From Tubulanus polymorphus (lineage: Eukaryota; Animalia; Nemertea), in NCBI RefSeq assembly GCF_964204645.1, contig NC_134035.1, positions 13,762,686-13,826,685 on the forward strand: a stretch of DNA of 64,000 nt, in the 5' to 3' direction. The notes below the pieces were generated by a model. The model saw nothing but the letters and a program-made list of their open reading frames with translations. It was not told the origin of the DNA and searched no databases. The first letter of the stretch is position 1, and the number at the start of each line of letters is the position of its first letter. Below are positions 1 through 19,386 of the stretch, piece by piece. The position numbers were made by a program, and so were the translations under genes.

Positions 1-106
1 CCCATAGTCAACCATACATTCCATATAAATCCAAAGAAGATCCACAATGTCTCATTGTTGCAGCGTTGACGTCACAGTTTGCTGGTTACCGTGGTAACGA
101 ACTTAC

Positions 107-3100
107 GGATTGTTGTTGTTGTTGTTGTTGTTGTTCTTCCTGTTTTTGTTTTTCTTCTTCCTGAAACATTATCGTGTTTCAATTATTGATTGATTGTATC
201 AGAAAGAGTGGAGGGGAGAGGGAGGTGGAGGGGGAGGGGCGCGGGAACTACTGTCCCGATATTAGGCCCATTTATTGAGTAGATTTTCTACAAACATATC
301 GTATAAATAAGTAACGCAGATACCTGTTACTAATACCGTATTCTAGTGTTTCGTGTTCTGATTGGCTGATCGGCAAACTGTTACACATCCGGTTCCGGTA
401 TACATGCAAATCTACAAACACGTGCAAACTATATAGCTCACCTTACTGGGGGATAGGGGGTTCCCTGGGCAGGATAGCGGTGGTTGGAGATCTACCCTGA
501 GCAACGGGTATTGTGACTACCACTGGAACCACTTGAGCCTTACATGTGTCGCTCAATGCAAGCAATTAGTATGTAATCAATATCTAACTAGCTACAACGA
601 CTTATATCAATCACATATGATAAAAATAGTAAAAAACAGCTAAATTAGGAAGTTAGTAAGATACATCGTTAAAATACCTTTTCTTCAGTTGTATCGTTTG
701 AAGAGCACACACTGTCCTTGCTCGTCCTCCACAGTTACATCGTCAATGCCATCTTACCCTCCCTCACTCTAAACTAACCTGTCTTTTACGTTCAGCCTCA
801 GCTGCCGCAGCTTCCTCCTCTTGCTGTCTACGTCTTTCTTCTTCTTCTGCCTCTTCTTCTCGTCTTCTTCTATCGGCGGCTTCTCTTTCTCTACGAGCCT
901 CCTCTTCTCTTTCCCTCTCTCTTTCCTCTTCTTCCTATACACACCGCACACAATAGAGCCCGATCAATATCTCATCTTCACTTCCCGTCATCGTGGCCGC
1001 CGTCAAGCGAAAAGTCAAACAGAGTTGACGGCCATTCGACGGCCAATGTGACACGATACACGTGACGTTCAGTAAAGATATACAGAGTTTCTATGATCTG
1101 TTTCAGATTAATTTACCTCGCGCTCTCGTCTGCGCTGGTCTTCAGCCTCGGCTTCAGCCTGTCTCTGACGTTCCGCTTCCGCTTCCGCTGCAGCTGCGCC
1201 CTAGCAACAACAGTAACAATACAATGCGACAATGTCCAAAACGGGTTTACGCGATCGATGACAACGCTCAACTACTCCTGTACACGATGAGTCTAAACTC
1301 GGGATTTCAAGGGTTTGAAGATATTTCGGTTTCCAGGAGAATGGACAGAGAATGCAGCGAGTGGATAGGAGAGAATGGACAGAGAATGGAGCGAGTGGAT
1401 GGACAGAAAATGGAGCGAGTGGATAAACAGAGAATGGAGCGAGTGGATAGACAGAGAATGGAGTGAGTGGATAAACAGAGAATGGAGTGAGTGGATAGAC
1501 AGAAAATGGAGCGAGTGGATAGACAGAGAATGGAGCGAGTGGATAGACGGAGAATGGACAGAAAACGATGGATAGACAAGGACGTGGTGATTATCTATTT
1601 TTACGACAAAAAGGTCTGAAATTGAAACTGAAACAAAGGTAAGGGAACAAAATTCAGCAAGCGACACACAGCGCCCCCAGAAACTAAGAAAAAAACTATA
1701 AGAAAAAAGCATCTTGTGGACACACACAGCGTCCCCTAGTGGGCACAGGATGAAGTAGAGATAGGTGATGGTTACACAATACTTTCAGAAGGTAATTGTA
1801 CAAAATTGGGATAAAACGTGAACATCGTATATCGGAGATGCGGGGGAGGGGTTTATACAGGAGTCTGGATACTATGTGGATTTAGGGATAGAAAGTTGGA
1901 GGCTGAAGATACCAGGGTTCGCGAATGGTATTAGGTATTATTCAGGGACCGGATTTATAGACTGGTATTACCTTTAACCCGAGGGCTAACTCAATTGATA
2001 ATGAATTGAGTTAGCCCCTAGGGTAAAGGTAATACCAGTCTATAAAACCGGTCCCAGTGGTCTATAGTGCGTACCTCATCGACACTGCTCCTGTTGCGTC
2101 TTGATCTATAGGAATCCTGTAAATATTTACCACATAATGATGAACTGACAGAGACACCTGGCGGTTGTAGATATGTAAAACACCTGGTATAGAGTTTGTT
2201 CCAGTACAGGATAGAGAGCAACTGGATGTTGATGAAATAGATATCAAATTCTACCAGGGTTTAATTCGTATAAACTAAATCAGGAAAGCTAATGATACCA
2301 GTAACGTACTTATTATTGCAAAATAGCAAACAAATAAACACCGTAGATATACGATAAGCGTCCTTGATGCTGGGCCCTCAGTTTAACGGGTTGTTAGCCA
2401 TGAAGCGGCTATTCGTTCATCTAAACTTCCTTAAGCCCCAGAACAATCAGAGAATGATAGCTTCGAGAGTGAATGGAGCCACAACACCTGACTGGTCACC
2501 AGTTACCACGGCTGACTGGTCACCAGTTACAACGGCTGACTGGTCACCACAGGTCACCACACTGACCAGACAAACTTACAAACTTCCTCAATCACTACTG
2601 GTCTATGGTCTAGTGGGAGCATGCTCGTCTAGCGTGCTGTTGGTCTGGGGTTCGAGTCCTGCTAGGGTTAGGGTTACCGGTCGTCAGGGTTGCCAGGTTT
2701 GGGACGAGGTATAGGATATGGTTGAGCCCATATTTTGGATCATCCTATGTTTGCTCGAAATCTTCGCAACATTTCGATTTTTTTTTCGTAAAGTGATAGC
2801 GCATACGTAGTCAATGGGGGAATTTTAGAAGGCTTGCATTTGTTTTAGTGAAATTGTCAGGCCTGTACACATAGTTATGTTCTAGTTTTGATTTTAAGAT
2901 GCCTTTTTGTAGAGCATTGCCATTTTGTATTGGTGATAAAGAACAGTCCTTTACGTCTGCCAGCCACAGAACTGAGAACTCTGAGAGATTGAGATACATT
3001 GTACTAACTCAAGGTTAACACCAAGCAACCCCTTCCGACCCCCCTCCAACTCCCCTCTGCCTCCCCTCTAACTCCCCTCTCCCACTAAACTACTTACATA

Positions 3101-6021
3101 CTGTTTATACGTGTATTGTGTAATGTGTATAACAACATGAAACTAATCTCTCAAAAAGAAAGTGAAGAAATTCTATATGAGTCGAAGATGAGGGAACCAG
3201 AAATAGAACCTGAACCGCAGCAGCAGCAGCAGCAGCCGCCGTAATCAGTAGAGTTCCTCCTTCTTAACTGGTATGTGCCTGCGTAGACACTGCCGACATA
3301 CCGGGGTGGGGTATAGTACCTGATATACAGGTACCGGTACCAGAGCCGCTGCTGCTACTGGTGCAGATTACACAGAAAATATAGCTTAGAAACTGTGAAC
3401 GAAGAAGAGTTTAATGAGAAAAGATTGACAGAAAATTGTGAAGAAAAGTGGAAATTTTGACGACGTTGCCAAAAACCGAATGCAAGGTTTTTTTCAAAGA
3501 AACATTCATTTGTAAGCGCTGACTGAAGAAAGTCTGAGAGAATAGAAGAAAATAAATATACTACGACGAATCAAAAGATCCTGGGTGATTGGTGACCAAA
3601 AAGCCAATATAGATTAGATCAGTATAGGATCAGTATAGGAACATTGAGACTGAATTCGAAACTTGTAAGTTGTTAAACATCAGTTGTGAACATCACTCCG
3701 ACTCAGAGTCTGTGGAGTTCCGACGGGGTAAGATTCAGACGGTTTTTAAGCAGCCCACGCGTGTCGGGTTATCATCGATCTGTTAAAACTATATACGCGC
3801 GATTCTATTTATAATCAAACTTGCGCTTAAAATAACTTCATTTTAAAAACAATTTATTTTCATACATCAAAAATCGACATTGTAACAATCAGTGTAAATA
3901 CAATATATTCGTAAAAATCAGTATAAAATACTGTTGAAACAAATCAACAATTGAAAAAAAAGTAACAAACCTTTCATAAACAATGTAATAAATACACAAT
4001 GTAACAACTTCATGTTTTAAAAATAGAAAAAATACGCCCCAAATGATAAGAAAAAAAACTTTAGACCAGCCTCGATTATTGTAAAATGCTACGTTATAAA
4101 AGATATATAACTTTTATAACTTTCAAATTCATGAAATTTAATTCGCTGCCGATAAGGCGCACTGTTGTTAGTTAAAGAGTTCATGCGTCGAATTCGAATT
4201 AAAATCTTACCGTTCATTGTTTTTTAAAGATCCAGGATTCAAGTAGACACTGCGGTAATGATATAAACCTGTATAGGGCTGGGTTGTGGATCTATAGGGG
4301 CGCATCCTCTGCCACTGGGCAGTCCGTCCGTAAATACAATCAAATAATCCATTTGATATAAATCCTGAGAATCTTACCGGCTGTTGTTGCGGTTCCTCGG
4401 TATCGGACATGTTGAATTATTCTCTCAAACTCAGAGACAGGAGAAGAAGAAAGCACGAGTTTGTACAGCAGTAGTGACTGGTGGTTCGCTGTTAACTAAC
4501 AAACTGATGGATTCGACCGTCTCGGAATATACTGTACCGGCTCTCATTAACATATATAACAGGCACCTTGTTTCGCGGTACCCCCGGTAGCAGCAGCAGC
4601 AGCAGCAGCAGCAGCCGACAGACAGTTCTATTACCCCCGTAATTCTATACCCTATGCATGTTTTATATCATATTGTTTTAACGCTATATCTCCGCTGTTG
4701 AATTCATCAACACGTTAAGAAAAACTCAGGTTTGGATCATAGGCACAGGTAGAACTATCTCAATATCTCTCTATCTCACTATCTCACTATCTCACTATCT
4801 CAATCTCTCTATCTACAGGCGGTTTGCGTTAACATAGATTATTAAATTATATGACTTAAGAAATAATTAAGAAGGTCACAATCAATAGCTAAAATATGTG
4901 GAATAATCGAAATATCACTCGTGATCATTACCCGCAGAGCGATGTTGAATTATTGCCCTATATATCCCTATCCTCTTCAGTAAGGTCCCTCGACATATTT
5001 TCAAACACGTAAAATAGTGAAGACTATTTTAATTCCATTCTCGACAGAAATCATAAAGAGATCCCCCACGAACTGTTAAGTAGAATCCTTCCATCCCATC
5101 TTCAGAGTTCATTTTATGAATATAACATCTAAATTGATATTATGGGTTTATCTCAATAACTTTCAAACACTTTCGCCTTGCGTTCTTTTTTCCTAATTAA
5201 AATCCATGAAGTTGTTACACTGTACTAAGTACTCTGTTTTACACATATGAATTGAGACACTGATTGTTACAATGTTCCAAACACTCGCAGTGACAGTGTG
5301 AGGGACACTCAGTAACACTCCACACAGTGACAGTGTAAGGGACACTCAGTGACATTCACACAGTGACTGTATGAGGGACACTCAGTGACACTCACATCAC
5401 AGTGATTGTATGAGGGACACTCAGTGACACTCACACAGTGACAGTATGAAGGACTAACCTCTGTATCGTTAGAATCGCGTCGTCTGTTCCTGCGGCGACT
5501 ACTCGTATCTTCATCGTCACCAGTGCTGGGGGAGGCAGCTGCAGCAGCCCTACAGATATAATCATCATACGTAGTAACATCATTACAAGAAACTACCGGA
5601 CTGGACTGGACTGGACTGTATCCGGGACTGGACTGGACTGGACTGGACTGGACTGGACTGGACTGGACTGGACTGTCTCCAGGACTGGAGTGTCACCGGA
5701 CTGGACTGCTATGTGGACTGTTTGCTCCAGAGGATGACGCTTTCAATCCAGTGAGCTCCTTGCGAAGAGTGGGTTTCACGTCTTGCCGAGGGAGGGATGG
5801 ATTTCCGTCGCTGCGGGTCGGTGTGAGGAGCCCTTACAACCAGTGAGACTATAGTAGGCCGGAGAAGGTGTCTCGAGGCCTCGGAGAGAGCGAGTCACAG
5901 ATCTCTAGGGCCCGGAATAGCTAGTCTGCTGGTAGGGGGCACCCCAGGATAAGTCGATAACTTACTCTCTTTCCATTCTTTCTCGTCTGCGACGTTCCCT
6001 TCTCGCTTCTGCGTCAGACAT
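107..6021 (-). CDS. 5' part of a multi-exon gene encoding an E/R/A-rich charged alpha-helical protein (tentatively an invertebrate troponin-I-like N-terminal extension); probably continues left of the window
   Basis: Phase-compatible GT-AG exons 6021-5966, 5549-5459, 1200-1117, 934-779 and 160-107 translate to MSDAEARRERRRRERMERE-AAAAASPSTGDDEDTSSRRRNRRRDSNDTE-GAAAAEAEAERQRQAEAEAEDQRRRERE-EEEEREREREEEARREREAADRRRREEEAEEEERRRQQEEEAAAAEAERKRQ-EEEKQKQEEQQQQQQQQS. The exon structure is seen directly. The troponin I label is only a recalled resemblance; no diagnostic domain lies in the window. Confidence 0.7.
1335..1577. repeat. 24-bp intronic minisatellite (AGAGAATGGAGCGAGTGGATAGAC)n
   Basis: About 9-10 degenerate copies; explains the repetitive ORFs at 1062-1727. 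Confidence 0.9.
1946..2054. mobile_element. Palindromic MITE with CAG target-site duplication (PIF/Harbinger-like)
   Basis: Near-perfect hairpin GGACCGGATTTATAGACTGGTATTACC...GGTAATACCAGTCTATAAAACCGGTCC flanked by CAG/CAG; a sister copy lies at 21052-21158. Confidence 0.8.
2483..2680 (+). mobile_element. tRNA-derived SINE-like element
   Basis: A box TGGTCTAGTGG, B box GGTTCGAGTCC, then TAGGGT repeats; homologous to 10335-10540. Confidence 0.65.
4378..4410 (-). CDS. Candidate alternative first coding exon (MSDTEEPQQQP) of the left-hand gene
   Basis: ATG in AACATGT context, 11 codons, then CCG|GTAAGA donor in phase 0, compatible with the phase-0 exons at 1200, 934 and 160. Confidence 0.55.
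5280..5452. repeat. ~36-bp minisatellite abutting the donor of exon 5459-5549
   Basis: (GTGACACTCACACAGTGACAGTATGAGGGACACTCA) x ~5. Confidence 0.8.
5598..5710. repeat. (GGACT)n microsatellite
   Basis: Direct inspection. Confidence 0.9.
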
Positions 6022-9000
6022 TTTTAATTACTGAAGAAAAATTCAACAATCTGAAAAGATAAGACCACCAGGTTGGTTGTCAGGTTGACAAGTTGACAGG
6101 TTACAGGTTTACAGGTGTTCACAGGTTGGTTGACAGATGTTGACAGATTGACAGGTTGTATTTGGCGTTGACAGTTCTGATTCTATAGGTATAAATTTCC
6201 TCGTCCAAAACATTTTTGAACCATAGTAATAAAAGCCTTCAAATCAGCGATAGATTTGAATTCGAGTGAAACTGGATCCGGGGCCCGTTATAACAGGAAT
6301 CATGGAACTCATCACTGAATCACGGACACGCATCACAACCTAGAAAATCCCAAACGTGTAGATATTCAGATCTAACCTCAAATTCAGATTCAGATCTATT
6401 AAACGTATCTTTCGATTCACGTATCACGCGTAGAAGGGGCGTGGGCAGTGTTTTCATATGTAAATTAGTTGTTTGATATGTAAATTAGTTGTTTGGTATG
6501 CAAATGAGTTGGCGTCAAACTCAGCATACATGATCGTTTTAAATTTAACCGCTCTTTGATCACGTGTAAAATATGATTAACATATTACTCGAATTTTAGT
6601 CGAATTTTGCTGCTAATCGAAAACTGTCAACGATCGCCGATAATCCACGGATTAACGCGTATGTATTTTAATCCGCGTGTCGCCGGTGGCGCCACCTGTC
6701 GGATAGTATAGGAACTGATGTAGAGAGTGGAGCGGTAACTATATAAGGCTTTGAGTTGCGCCGCGGTGGAAGAGAGAGAAGTGAGAGGAGTCTATTAATA
6801 CTAGCTATACTTATACCGATATGTTCGGAATCTCTCTCTCACTCTATTCACTGACGAGTTGTGAGGGTTATAATGGGATGCTGCGAAGTTAATCTTCCGC
6901 CAAAGCAAGGGGCACCTCAATTAATCTAAATTAAACCTGGCTACCGGAACCAGTCCATCCCCCGAGTTCAAACACCGCCCTTGCCGTAAGATCCCCAAAA
7001 TCTATATATTTTCGGACCCTCAAAATATTCTATTAAATCATGCGACAGATTCTTTGAAAAATCATTTTGAATATGGAATAATTCGCAAAAAGTTCCCTGA
7101 ATTTGAGGAAAAATTATGCTCCATATTATTTGAGCACTTGAGGGGAGGGGTGCGCATGCAAACCTCTGAGACTATAAACTCTGTGGTTCAGGTATCCGTG
7201 TAAATCTGTTCACGATAAATCTACATGTGGCGTTCACCAGTTACAAAAACATTCAGGTAAAAAGTTCCTACGAGTTTCTCCTTACCGGAGCGTTGTGGTT
7301 AGAAGAGTATATTACGTTTCTGTACTAGACAAATCATTTTTAAGAATTTTCAACTATATATTATTTTCATATCTAATCTAAGTAACAGTGATTTAATTTC
7401 TGTAGCGCCCTTTTCACTGTGATACAATGTTCAACGGCTTTTCCCCTTAAATTGTTATATATTATTATTACCCCTACAACCTATAAATTCTAACCCATTC
7501 AGTCATATAGATAGATAATCCCGTCGACCTGTACTACAAAGTGTATCGAAGTGTATCTGAAGTTTTTTTGTTTTGTTCAAAGAAAATAATTCACGGAATT
7601 TCGGACCATTTTTTTCAAATTATCGTATTTTCGCGTGATTTATCGCGATACCACGTGTTTTGGAGCGGTAAAGCGTGATTTATTTCGGACGAGTTTGTGA
7701 TGGATTGAACGTGGAACACGGTCGAGGAGAAGATGTATAAATAAAGCAGCTATAACACTGTGGTCTATCGTGGTACCGGCTCAGTGTATATACCATGGTG
7801 TATATATACCACTAACCGGGTACAGGGGAAGCAAGTTGGTACTGCAGATATCGCTGTATGGCGGTATACCCCATATACACACACGTCTAATAGTTGAAAT
7901 CACTACCAGAGATCATCCAACTATCTGCAGTTCGATTTCCTTCCCATTTCAAAAATCAAATCTCCCGCTTCGTTGGATGGAAGATCTGTTTACAATGAAC
8001 CGAAACCTAAATTTCCGATACACACGTAGATTTAGATAAAAAGTAAACAAAACACTTTGTAAATTTATCTGACCAGATCATCCCACTATATCTCTATATG
8101 TTGTTACTTCGTTTTGAATAAAAGTGGTGAAATTTTCACCTGAAAAAAGTGTTTTTTATCTTTACTACAGGCGTTAAAATATTTGCGAATTTAATCTTAT
8201 TTATTCCTTTGACACCAGTTCAAAGATATTGAGCCGAATTTAAGCATATTGCTCAATAAAATTGATAACAATTATGCAATTAATTTTTTTTCATTTTCAT
8301 AAAAAAAAAATCATAATAGAAATGTAAAGATATTAAGAAGCTGTTGTGTGTGTATTATAACAGGTGTAACGGCATTTATCCGGTAAATCTATCTGCCAGA
8401 GTGCGCGCGCAGTATCAGTACGCACAGTTATACTCTGTTCGCTGTTTGTTGTGTCTTCTGATTTTTTCTTACACAAATTTTTTCTAAGTTCTACTCGTAG
8501 TAAACATTAACGTGAAACAAAACAATATCAGTTCATTCATTAATTCATTCGTGTTTCCTTGTCGTGAAAATAAATAGGCCTACCGGGTCGAATTCACGAA
8601 TCAGGATTGAGACAAATTATATTCAAGGATATAGATCGGAAAATTCACTGCGTTCACGATTCAGGCTTTGAGACAAAAATAAAAGTTTTATTGTCTTGAT
8701 TAGTCGAAATAATTTATAACGAAATGATAAAAGATTTAAAAGATATTTCATGATAGCATTTTTGATAAAAATCTTGCCTCCATTACGATAAAAATTCTAA
8801 GAAATTGCAAAACAAATAATGAAAGAATTTCCATTAGCAATAAATCTGAATTAGGCCTGATATACATATTGCCATCACCGACTCTGAATTCGATCTAAAC
8901 TTTGCTTTAAATCCTCGAGGCTTCCTGAGCGGTTTTACGAAACCTTCTTCTTTACTGGGTCACGATAGACAATGCGATATGTATACATGATGTATTATAA

Positions 9001-9664
9001 GGTACGCTTTTATGTTATAGAAATAAATGAAAAAATCCGAACAAAAAATAATTCGATATTTGTAGTTTTTTTCTGTATATTTTTAATGAAGGGAATGATA
9101 GGAATGCTATATTGAAATGATCATCGCGGACCTACCTGTAGAAACTCGTGCTTGGATATAACACCTGGATAGAATCAGTACTACTGAACAAACTTCAGTT
9201 CTCTCTGACTCATAAACGATGGAGATTCTATTAATTACCCTCCTTACAACCTAAAGAGAACAGCTCTTCTTATAATAAACCCCTCTCTCCCTCTCATCTC
9301 CATAAAATCGTGTTTAAAATTAAACCCAACATCTATACCTCATACACCACCAGGAGATGATACACCAAAATCTATAAAACATATTTTAAACCAACCTCTA
9401 GTTCTACACTTTCACGATGAACCCCCCCCCCCCCCCTTAATATAAATCCCGGCAAATTCCACAAATCCCCAAAATCAAACAAATGATTCGAAAATGTATT
9501 TAAAATGTGTTCACAAAGTTTTAAAAGTGAAAATAATTTTCAAAATATCGACTAAACTAATGATTGAATGCGTTTCTCGAAGAGGCCGCAATAATATCTC
9601 AAATATGAACAATCATCATATATACATATAGATAAAATAACATCATATCATTGATGTGAGCAAC

Positions 9665-9695
<31 letters not shown>

Positions 9696-10334
9696 ACCCC
9701 ATTCTTCATAGAATACCTCCCCCGATAACTGCAAATCGAGTAGAGCCGGGTCAAACTATCAAATCTCAAACAATTCGTTTTCGATATATCAAAAAACTAC
9801 TACATACATAATTATCAGCGGTTTCTGAGATATATGATAAGAGAATCGACTTACCAGTAGTGAAATAGTGATGATAAGCCGATTGTTGTGTTCCCGGTGA
9901 GACTGGTGGAATCGATGAACACGGATGAATGGACCACGGTAGTGATTCTGGAATATCTCACACTCTCAACAACATCAGCTGCAGATGAGATGCAGTTCGA
10001 TCGGGTTTACAAGGTCACGTGATCTATCGCGAATAGTCGATCACCGGCGATCGATAGAAATAGTTAATCATTAATTAATTCAAAATGTCTTCTTTTTTAT
10101 CTTGCAAATTCTAGACGGCCTAAGGTGTAGTTTCACAAAAAGGAAAAAACTCCTGAATAAACTGAATCATTCCTTGTATTGAGTGCCCCAGTTTATTTGT
10201 GTGATGCGGGTCTTAATTTAATTGTTTTCCAAGTTTTTGGATTATTTATTTACGAAAAATTAGCCTTTTGGGACTAAAGGACCTCTGAAAATCAGAGAAT
10301 GAAAGCGGGTATTGTTTAGTTAGTGAATAGTCAC

Positions 10335-10540
10335 CACACCTGACTGGTCACCAGGTCACCCATACTGACCAGACAAACCTACAATTTCAGTCAGTCATGA
10401 CTGGTGTATGGTCTAGTGGTTAGCACGCTCAGCTGGCATGCTGGAGGTCGCAGGTTCAAGTCCCGCTTGGGTCCTTGTCAAATTAGGGTTAGGGTTATAG
10501 TGAAACTAGGGTTAGGGTTACAGCCAGGCTGGGGTTAGGC
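10335..10540 (+). mobile_element. tRNA-derived SINE-like element with TTAGGG-like tail
   Basis: TGGTCTAGTGG A box, GGTTCAAGTCC B box, (TAGGGT)n; no canonical acceptor stem. Confidence 0.65.
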
Positions 10541-10662
10541 CACGAGTAAGTTTAGGGACTGGCCACTGTTTTGCACTAGCAAAATCTTTTTTGATATAGT
10601 ATATTTTTTTTGATAGAGTTCTTCATTGATGATCCCAGGTTGCAGGAAAGAGTGCCGCTTAG

Positions 10663-11018
10663 TTAGCGTGCTGGTTTAGTCTGTACAGCTGGTTCAGCCT
10701 GCACGGCAGGTTTCTGCGTCTCCTCTGCTGATAACAACGAAACAAGACAAAACACTCAAAATTTTGATATAAAAAATTTATTTTTGTTCTTAGAAAAAAA
10801 TGGAATCAATCAATAATAAACACGACGACAGGCGTGCGCAACAATGAAAACAGTTAGATTTAAATACTCATTAATGGAAGCGTCTAGGTCTAGAGTTGTT
10901 ATAGATGGGGAGGAAGGGAGGAGAGAGCGTGCCTCCCCTCAGTTATAGATCTTTAACTACTAACAGCTGTATGAAGTAGAGGGCTGTGAAGGGAACATAC
11001 CGGTACTCTCATCAGAAT
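10663..11018 (-). CDS. RUVBL2: Candidate alternative 3' coding exons of RUVBL2 (18-nt microexon 11018-11001 plus terminal exon 10727-10663)
   Basis: Both have pyrimidine-rich acceptors and phase-1 entry matching the exon-14 donor; they give ...NELGA-DSDEST-AEETQKPAVQAEPAVQTKPAR*. Confidence 0.5.
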
Positions 11019-11438
11019 CTGTATAACAAAGACAGTATACGAATGCAATTGCTGAAATGGCATTTCTCCATCAATTCACAAATTACTTAGATTAACTATC
11101 CCTCCTAGTTGAACTGTCCCCATTTGGCTTTAGTCGTAGCAAGATTAGTTGTAAAGAAACCAAAATGGGCTGAAATCTAATTCATGCTTTTACTGGCCAC
11201 AGATTCAAATATAGGTTCCTTTTTAAATAACTCAATATCATTCTATTTTCAATAACGAATTCAAAGATATTTCATCATTTGTTGAATATTTCTATCTCAG
11301 AAAGTCCATCTATATACATTGTACAATAATATTTATAGCTTGTTCCAAGAATTCTCTGCAGAGAGCTGCATAATCGATTTTAGACCTAACATATTTCTGT
11401 ACGCGCCTGCGCATCAAACTCGACGCTATCTATAGCAC

Positions 11439-19047
<7,609 letters not shown>

Positions 19048-19386
19048 GTTTGAAATCACTCTCTTTCAGTCACACACTGTGTTTGTAGTATGGAATATTC
19101 TTGAAGAAATTCACCGGCGCCGGTCCGAAAATATGCGAAATTTCTGCAAACAGCACCACCTACCTTCGTCATACATAAATTCAATTCAATCGACATTTAT
19201 TCATCACATTCAACATTTTTATTATCGAAGCTAATGAACACAAAAAACATTATATTCAATTTTTTAAACCGTCAAACAACTAGACTTCCTCTCTGAAAAG
19301 AGTTTTATTTTCAGCGATGATTCTATGCGGTAAATAGCAATACCTCACGTACCGGGGTTCGTTCTATATTGAATTGAATTGAAAGT
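19048..19386. promoter_or_regulatory. Bidirectional promoter/5' UTR region shared by RUVBL2 and UMPS
   Basis: Divergent ATGs at 19047 (-) and 19387 (+); contains the palindrome ACCGGCGCCGGT (~19112-19123). Confidence 0.8.

Noticed and set aside
442-538. Extra exon (AQVVPVVVTIP...PQ*) in the left-hand gene
   Set aside because: Good donor but weak acceptor, 97 nt, and an in-frame stop; unsupported without RNA data.
10402-10475. tRNA gene
   Set aside because: A and B boxes are present but the acceptor and anticodon stems are not canonical, and the flanks are shared with a diverged copy at ~2500-2680, so it is SINE-like.
10482-10540. Interstitial telomere
   Set aside because: Only a few degenerate TTAGGG units, tied to the SINE-like element.
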